From the NCBI GenBank assembly GCA_964016885.1, contig OZ024743.1:313162001-313226000 (forward strand): 64,000 nt of DNA, in the 5' to 3' direction. The number at the start of each line of letters is the position of its first letter. Position 1 is the stretch's first letter. The position numbers and the translations under genes were made by a program. The DNA is from Eledone cirrhosa. Its lineage: Eukaryota. The notes beneath the pieces are model-generated. The model was given only the letters and a program-made list of their open reading frames with translations. It was not told the origin of the DNA and ran no database searches. This document shows, in pieces, positions 58,301-64,000 of this stretch.

Positions 58301-59720
58301 TTGCTCCAAAAGGAATTTATGTCTTTCTGGGATGGGGCCTCAGTGACACTTAATATTTTGCCCTTCATATCTCTACCAACTGATGTTTGGTTTCGTCTGA
58401 ATCTTTTATTCAGCACTTTTCTCTCATCTACCTTCTTCAGGTATCGGCATTTTTCGCTAACAGCTCTCAATTCTTGTTTGAGGGTGATCAGCTTATATTG
58501 AAGAGTTCTGGTTCTACTGTTACCAAACATCGTCTCTATTTTATGTTTCACTCTTTGTTGGTGAGGAGTGAGTTTTTTTTATGTTTGTTTGCATGTAAGG
58601 AGCATTGTCACATGCCTTATGTTTTTTCGTAGGTCAGCACTCTTTTTTTCTATTTTAGTTATATATGATGGTATTTTTGGTGGTGTTTTGTTCTTGTTAA
58701 TATCTCTGCTATCACCAAGATAATGCTTCACTGTCATTGCTAAGGCATATAAACAGGCGTTGATTGCCAAAATGTTGGGGTTTTTATCCGTCGTAAATAT
58801 TCATCCTCTATTTCGTCAATAACACGTAGTATTTCATTATTTGGTTTTTTATTCACCATTGTCATTTTAACATTTCGTTGAGGGAAAATTTCAATTGTTT
58901 ATACTTTTGATTATTATCATTATCGATAGTATTTTTCACAACAGTCGAGGTAGACTCGGATGGTACACGTGGTGTCAAATTTCTTCGAGAATTATTATTA
59001 TTATTTCTTCGATTATTATTATTATCGATAGTGTTTTCCCCAGCATTCGAGGTAGACCTAGATGGTACACGTGGTGCCAAGTTTCTTACAGGCATAGTTG
59101 TTTCAAGGAGCTGTTCGACCTGGCTGCTAGGAAGTCTAGTAGCATGGCGACCTGTAGCACGTGTTGTTGATAACATGTTTGTTGTGGGGGACTTACAATT
59201 AATAATATATCTTATTTTTACGTGCAACAAACGTTGCTTGTTGGCGTAATTGTTTCGCTGTGAAATAATTTAGCTTTGGGTGCATTTCGTCCCAGTGTAG
59301 CTTCATTCTGTTCATATAGCCAATGGAGGGATTGTTTTTTGCCATTTTATAACAATTAAATAAATCATTATTAAGTTCGCAACTCCAAGAGAAATGCGAT
59401 TTATAATTTCGGTTTCTTCTGTAGCTACAACTGAATAAAGTTTGATTACCTTTCTTGTTGGTCGTCTTCGGTACTTCCGTAACGTTGTTGTTGATGTTGT
59501 GTTCAACCATGCTGTTTGTAGTAAATCTTTGTAAAATGAATTATGTATTTAGTCGGATATCTCCGAATTCAAATAAAAGGTGTCTTCGGAAGATATAGTT
59601 AGAAAAATAACCAGATATTCAACATGACTGTAGTTGTGGCATTACTGTCGGAGATAGTATTCATCTTAAATTTAATAAATAGTCTCCCACGCCAAAATAT
59701 GCGACTGATCGCGTTGACTG
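55398..59720 (-). mobile_element. R4/Dong-clade non-LTR retrotransposon (RLE type), near full length, degenerate
   Basis: YRPIAC, DYRKAFDSVPH, FQGDSLS, FFVDDLK, YRYLG, CRRC..HVISSC, RHD, RPDI, VEVSC; ends approximate. Confidence 0.88.
55883..59510 (-). pseudogene. R4/Dong ORF (RT, CCHC, restriction-like endonuclease), multiple frameshifts
   Basis: ORF pieces 59199-59510 through 55883-56416. Confidence 0.88.
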
Positions 59721-59733
59721 TATGTATGTATGT

Positions 59734-59993
59734 ACCATGGGCCCAGCACTATGTGTCAATAATTGTCACAAGTGTAGTGTTTATACCAGAGTTTTCAAGT
59801 CGCTGGCTGGACTAAAAAGTCACACTCGTTCAGCGCATCGGTAGGGGTCTCCTACATGGATATAAAGGAGTGTCCGTACTCGAAAACGAGTTTGCAGCCA
59901 CCATGTATGTATGTATGTATGTATGTATGTATGTATGTATGTATGTATGTATGTATGTATGTATGTATGTATGTATGTATGTATGTATGTATG
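59734..59993 (+). mobile_element. 5'-truncated copy of the bipartite non-autonomous RTE element, (TATG)n tail
   Basis: Matches 60430-60651 and 63550-63795. Confidence 0.85.
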
Positions 59994-59994
59994 T

Positions 59995-60652
59995 CAGGTC
60001 ACCAGTTGGTGCTACTGGTAATATGTATCCCAGTACAAACTGTCTCATGGTCGGGTCATTGGCGACTAAACTGGCAACCCCACCAAGGTTTCTTGGTGAG
60101 GAGGGTGACTTTGGACATCCTGCAGGACTAAAAACAAAACCTGTCAAAGGGCAAAGGAGCTCTTAAGAGTCAATGGCCATCCAAAATCACCGGGAGAGAT
60201 GACTCCTTAGCCTTTGTCAAGGCAGAATTCTAGGAGAAGGAAAACTCTGATATAACACCTGCAACTCTGATGGTATCCAATGATGTTGACTTGTTCTTCT
60301 TTTTGGTAAATATCATCTTGGTTAAGAGAGTAGGACTGGCTTTGTGCAGTGCCTTTGCTCACTATAAAAGCTTCACAGCACAGGCATTGCTTTATATCTG
60401 GAGATCTCTCTGCACTTGTCATCACATGGTACCATGGGCCCAGCACTATGTGTCAATAATTGTCACAAGTGTAGTGTTTGTACCAGAGTTTTCAAGTCGC
60501 TGGCTGGACTAAAAAGTCACACTCGTTCAGCGCATCAGTAGGGGTTCTCCTACATGGATATAAGGTAGTGGCCGTACTCGAAAGCGAGTTGGCAGCTACG
60601 ATGTATGTATGTATGTATGTATGTATGTATGTATGTATGTATGTATGTATGT
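59995..60652 (+). mobile_element. Bipartite non-autonomous RTE derivative (5'UTR-like part + 3' end)
   Basis: 5' part contains ggagaaggaaaactctga; 3' part encodes a C2H2 remnant (CTRVFKSLAGLKSH), a ctcg-aaa-cgag stem-loop and (TATG)n. Confidence 0.75.
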
Positions 60653-60654
60653 AT

Positions 60655-61277
60655 TTTGGAAAAGCTTGGCTGCCCTACAAGTTTTTGTGAAGATCCTGCG
60701 TCTTTTTCATGATGACATGAAGGCTTGGGGTCATTATTGGTGGTAGCATCTCTGAACCAATATCAGTTGAAAATGGAGTGAAGCAGTGGGACATTCCTGC
60801 TCCAAATCTGTTTTCCTTATATTTTACGATAGTGTTTCTCATGGCGTTCATGAAAAATTGTTCGCATAGTGTTTACATCGAGTATCGCACTTCAGGAATG
60901 TTGTTTCACATCAGGCGCTTTGGTGCAAGCACGGATTTATAACATCTATATTCCGAGAGTTTTTGTATGCAAATGACTGCGATCTTTTTGCACACTCACA
61001 AAGTGACAGGCATATTATGAACTCTTTTTCTGAAGCTTACAGCGCTTTGGGCATCACAATAAACTTGGAAAAGACTGTTTTGATGTATCAGCCAGCATCC
61101 GGAAAAGATTACACTACATCAAGTGTGTACGTGTACGGAAAGAGGCTAAAAGTTGCTGACAAGTTTGTGTACCTTGGTAGTACGTTGAACAATTCATGCA
61201 CACTTGATGACGAAATATCCTTAAGAATCAAGAAAGCCAGTGATGCTTTTGGACGGCTGCATGAACGTTTATGGTCC
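60655..61277 (+). pseudogene. Degenerate RTE (BovB-like) RT fragment
   Basis: KLGCP, NGVKQ, YANDC, KFVYLGS; paralogous to 62500-63090. Confidence 0.85.
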
Positions 61278-61289
61278 AGACGTTTATGG

Positions 61290-63091
61290 TCAGGATGCGT
61301 GACAGACAGGATCTGTAGTGTGTTCGTGTTCTTCGTGGAGCTGAGTGCTGGACGGATCACCGCCTGGTACGTGCAAAAGTGAAACTAATCACCAAACGTA
61401 AAATCCGGGCTCCTGGTGTTGCCCTGCCCAAAAGATTGAATGCTGCTCGTCTTAAGGATAAACATGTGAAGAGGACATTGGAAGAAGAGATGAAGGCTGC
61501 AGATCTTGGTGAGGATTGGCCGACCCTTAAAAAGTCGGTTTATGATGTAGGCAGGCGTGTTCTGGGATTGGTGCAGAGAAAACATCAGGACTGGTTTAAT
61601 GAGAATGATGTACATATAGAAAACTTGTTGGCTGATAAGAGGCGTGCTCTGTCACGCTACTTGACGGCAAAACCACAGGAGAGGAATACGTTGCATGAGG
61701 AGCTCAGGGATGTAAAATCACGTGTTAGGCGGAGTCTTTCTCAGATGAAGGATCAGTGGTGGAGTGAGAAGGCTGGTGAGATACAAACTGCGTCTGATTC
61801 CAATAAAACAAAGCTGTTGTACAGTCTCTTGCGTGAGATTTATGGACCGTCTTCTTCTCTGGTGACACCGCTTCGCAGCAAGGATGGCAAAGAACTTCTT
61901 CGTGACTCACAGGGAATTCTACGAAGGTGGCGAGAGCAATTTGATGATCTTTTGAATCAGCCGTCTGTCGTCAGTGAAGATTTCCTCAATCTCATTCCAG
62001 AAAGTCCTGTGAAAGTAGCTCTCGCAGAACCTCCGACGCTTGTGGAGGTTGCAGTGGCTATTTCGAAGCTGAACAGTGGAAGATCTCCAGGTATGGATGG
62101 CATACATGCTGAGCTCCTACAATATGGTGGTGAGAGACTCCTGCAACATCTGCACTCTTTGTTTGGAAGGATATGGGCTAATGAATCCGTACCTGAGGAC
62201 TGGAGAGATGCAGTAATGGTGGTCTTGTACAAGGGAAAGGGTAACAGGAATGATTGTGGGAACTACAGAGGTATATCATTGCTTTCTGTCGTAGGGAAAG
62301 TTTTATGTAGGGTGCTTCTGGACCGTCTGCTGACACACATTGCAGATTGTGTTCTTCCTGAAAGTCAATCTGGTTTTCGTGCTGGACGTGGCACTACTGA
62401 TATGATCTTCTCAGCTAGACAGCTCCAGGAGAAGTGCATTGAACAAGGCTTGGATCTGTATCAGTTTTTTGTCGATCTGACAAAGGCTTTCGATACTGTC
62501 AACAGAGAGGCATTATGGAAGGTTCTCCAGAAACTTGGTTGCCCTGATAAGTTCCTTGCTTTAGTTAGGTCTTTCCATGACGACATGAAGGCTTGGATTA
62601 ATGTCGGAGGTAACACGTCGGAGCCTATCTCAGTAAAAAATGGAGTGAAACAGGGGGATATTCCAGCACCGACCCTGTTTGCCATATACTTTGCAATGGT
62701 TTTCTGTATTGCATTCAGGAATTGCAAGCATGGTGTTTACATCCGATATCGAACCTCAGGCAGCATATTTAACGTCAGGCGCTTTGCTGCGAAGACAAAA
62801 GTATTTACATCAATCATAAGAGACCTCTTGTATGCAGATGATTGCGATCTTGTAGCGCACACAGAGAGTGATATGCAGCACATTTTGAATACATTTTCTG
62901 ACGCTTGCACTGCCCTGGGTTTGACTGTCAGTCTCAAGAAAACTGTCGTCATGTACCAACCTGCCCCTAGTAAGCAGTACACTGAACCAAACATCTATGT
63001 GTATGGCAAACGACTTGGAGTGGTTGATCAGTTTGTCTACCTGCTAAGCACTGTCAATCGATACGGCAACCTTGACAGTGAAATCTCATCA
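61290..63091 (+). pseudogene. RTE (BovB-like) ORF fragment: APE end through RT, truncated
   Basis: ECWTDHRL, DWFNEND, SPGMDGI, NYRGISLLS, FVDLTKAFD, GVKQGD, YADD; cut by (TATG)n and the bipartite element. Confidence 0.9.
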
Positions 63092-63114
63092 TGTGTGTAT
63101 GTATGTATGTATGT

Positions 63115-63795
63115 CAGGTCACCAGTTGGTGCTACTGGTAACATGTATCACAGTACAACCTGTCTCATGGTAGGGTCGTTGGCGACTAAACTGGCAACCC
63201 CACCAAGGTTTCTTGGTGAGGAGAGTGACTTTGGACATCCTGCAGGACTAAAAACAAAACCTGTCAAAGGGCAAAGGAGCTCTTAAGAGTCAATGGCCAT
63301 CCAAAATCACCGGGAGAGATGACCCCTTAGCCTTTGTCAAGGCAGAATTCTAGGAGAAGGAAAACTCTGATATAACACCTGCAACCCTGATGGTATCCAA
63401 TGATGTTGACTTTTTCTTCTTTTTGGTAAATATCATCTTGGTTAAGAGAGTGGGACTGGCTTTGTGCAGTGCCTTTGCTCACTATAAAAGCTTCACAACA
63501 CAGGCATTGCTTTATATCTGGAGATATGTCTATACTTGTCGTCACATGGTACTAGCACTATGTGTCAATAATTGTCACAAGTGTAGTGTTGGTACCAGAG
63601 TTTTCAAGTCGCTGGCTGGACTAAAAAGTCACACTCGTTCAGCGCATCGGTAGGGGTTCTCCTACATGGATATAAAGTAGTGGCCGTACTCGAAAACGAG
63701 TTGGTAGCCACCATGTATGTATGTATGTATGTATGTATGTATGTATGTATGTATGTATGTATGTATGTATGTATGTATGTATGTATGTATGTATG
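63115..63795 (+). mobile_element. Bipartite non-autonomous RTE derivative, second full copy
   Basis: Near-identical to 59995-60652 with the same 5' start (caggtcaccagttgg). Confidence 0.8.
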
Positions 63796-64000
63796 TTCTG
63801 ATAAGCCGTTAGGTTTGTCGAAGTCTCGAACCAAGTAGACACTAGTAACAAAAATATTGACTGAATATGCAAATTATGAGACCTTATGTCAGTGTATGGC
63901 TAATATGTTTATTACCCAAACCCACGAAACGAATACATAGCATCACCCCACTATACACACATGTATATATATATATTCTACATTCTTAAGGATGTAGAAT

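Noticed and set aside
63092-63286. C-terminal extension of the 635-aa RT ORF as a fusion protein
   Set aside because: Chance read-through into (TATG)n and the inserted non-autonomous element.

Overview
AT-rich, repeat-saturated eukaryotic genomic DNA. The SINE families and repeat landscape suggest a cephalopod, probably Octopus (an inference, not a database match). No host protein-coding gene could be supported, and most ORF-track entries are microsatellite artefacts. The window is a nested mosaic of non-LTR retroelements: a 5'-truncated L1/Tx1 element, several Penelope-like elements (PLEs, two with inverted terminal repeats), a degenerate R4/Dong element, BovB-like RTE fragments, a short bipartite non-autonomous RTE derivative, many tRNA-derived SINEs, small DNA-transposon MITEs, a Helentron/HINE-like element, minisatellites, kilobase (TA)n arrays and a 200-N scaffold gap. 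Two highlights. (1) A near-intact ~7.1 kb RTE LINE (35291-42439, candidate 8-bp TSD) has a 5' end made of ~5.3 near-identical 631-bp monomers and a C4HC3 PHD finger inserted inside its RT domain. (2) A dense set of minimal type I hammerhead ribozyme motifs, several inside long palindromes embedded in (TA)n, is best explained as fold-back PLE termini. All alignments and folds were done by eye, so boundaries are approximate.
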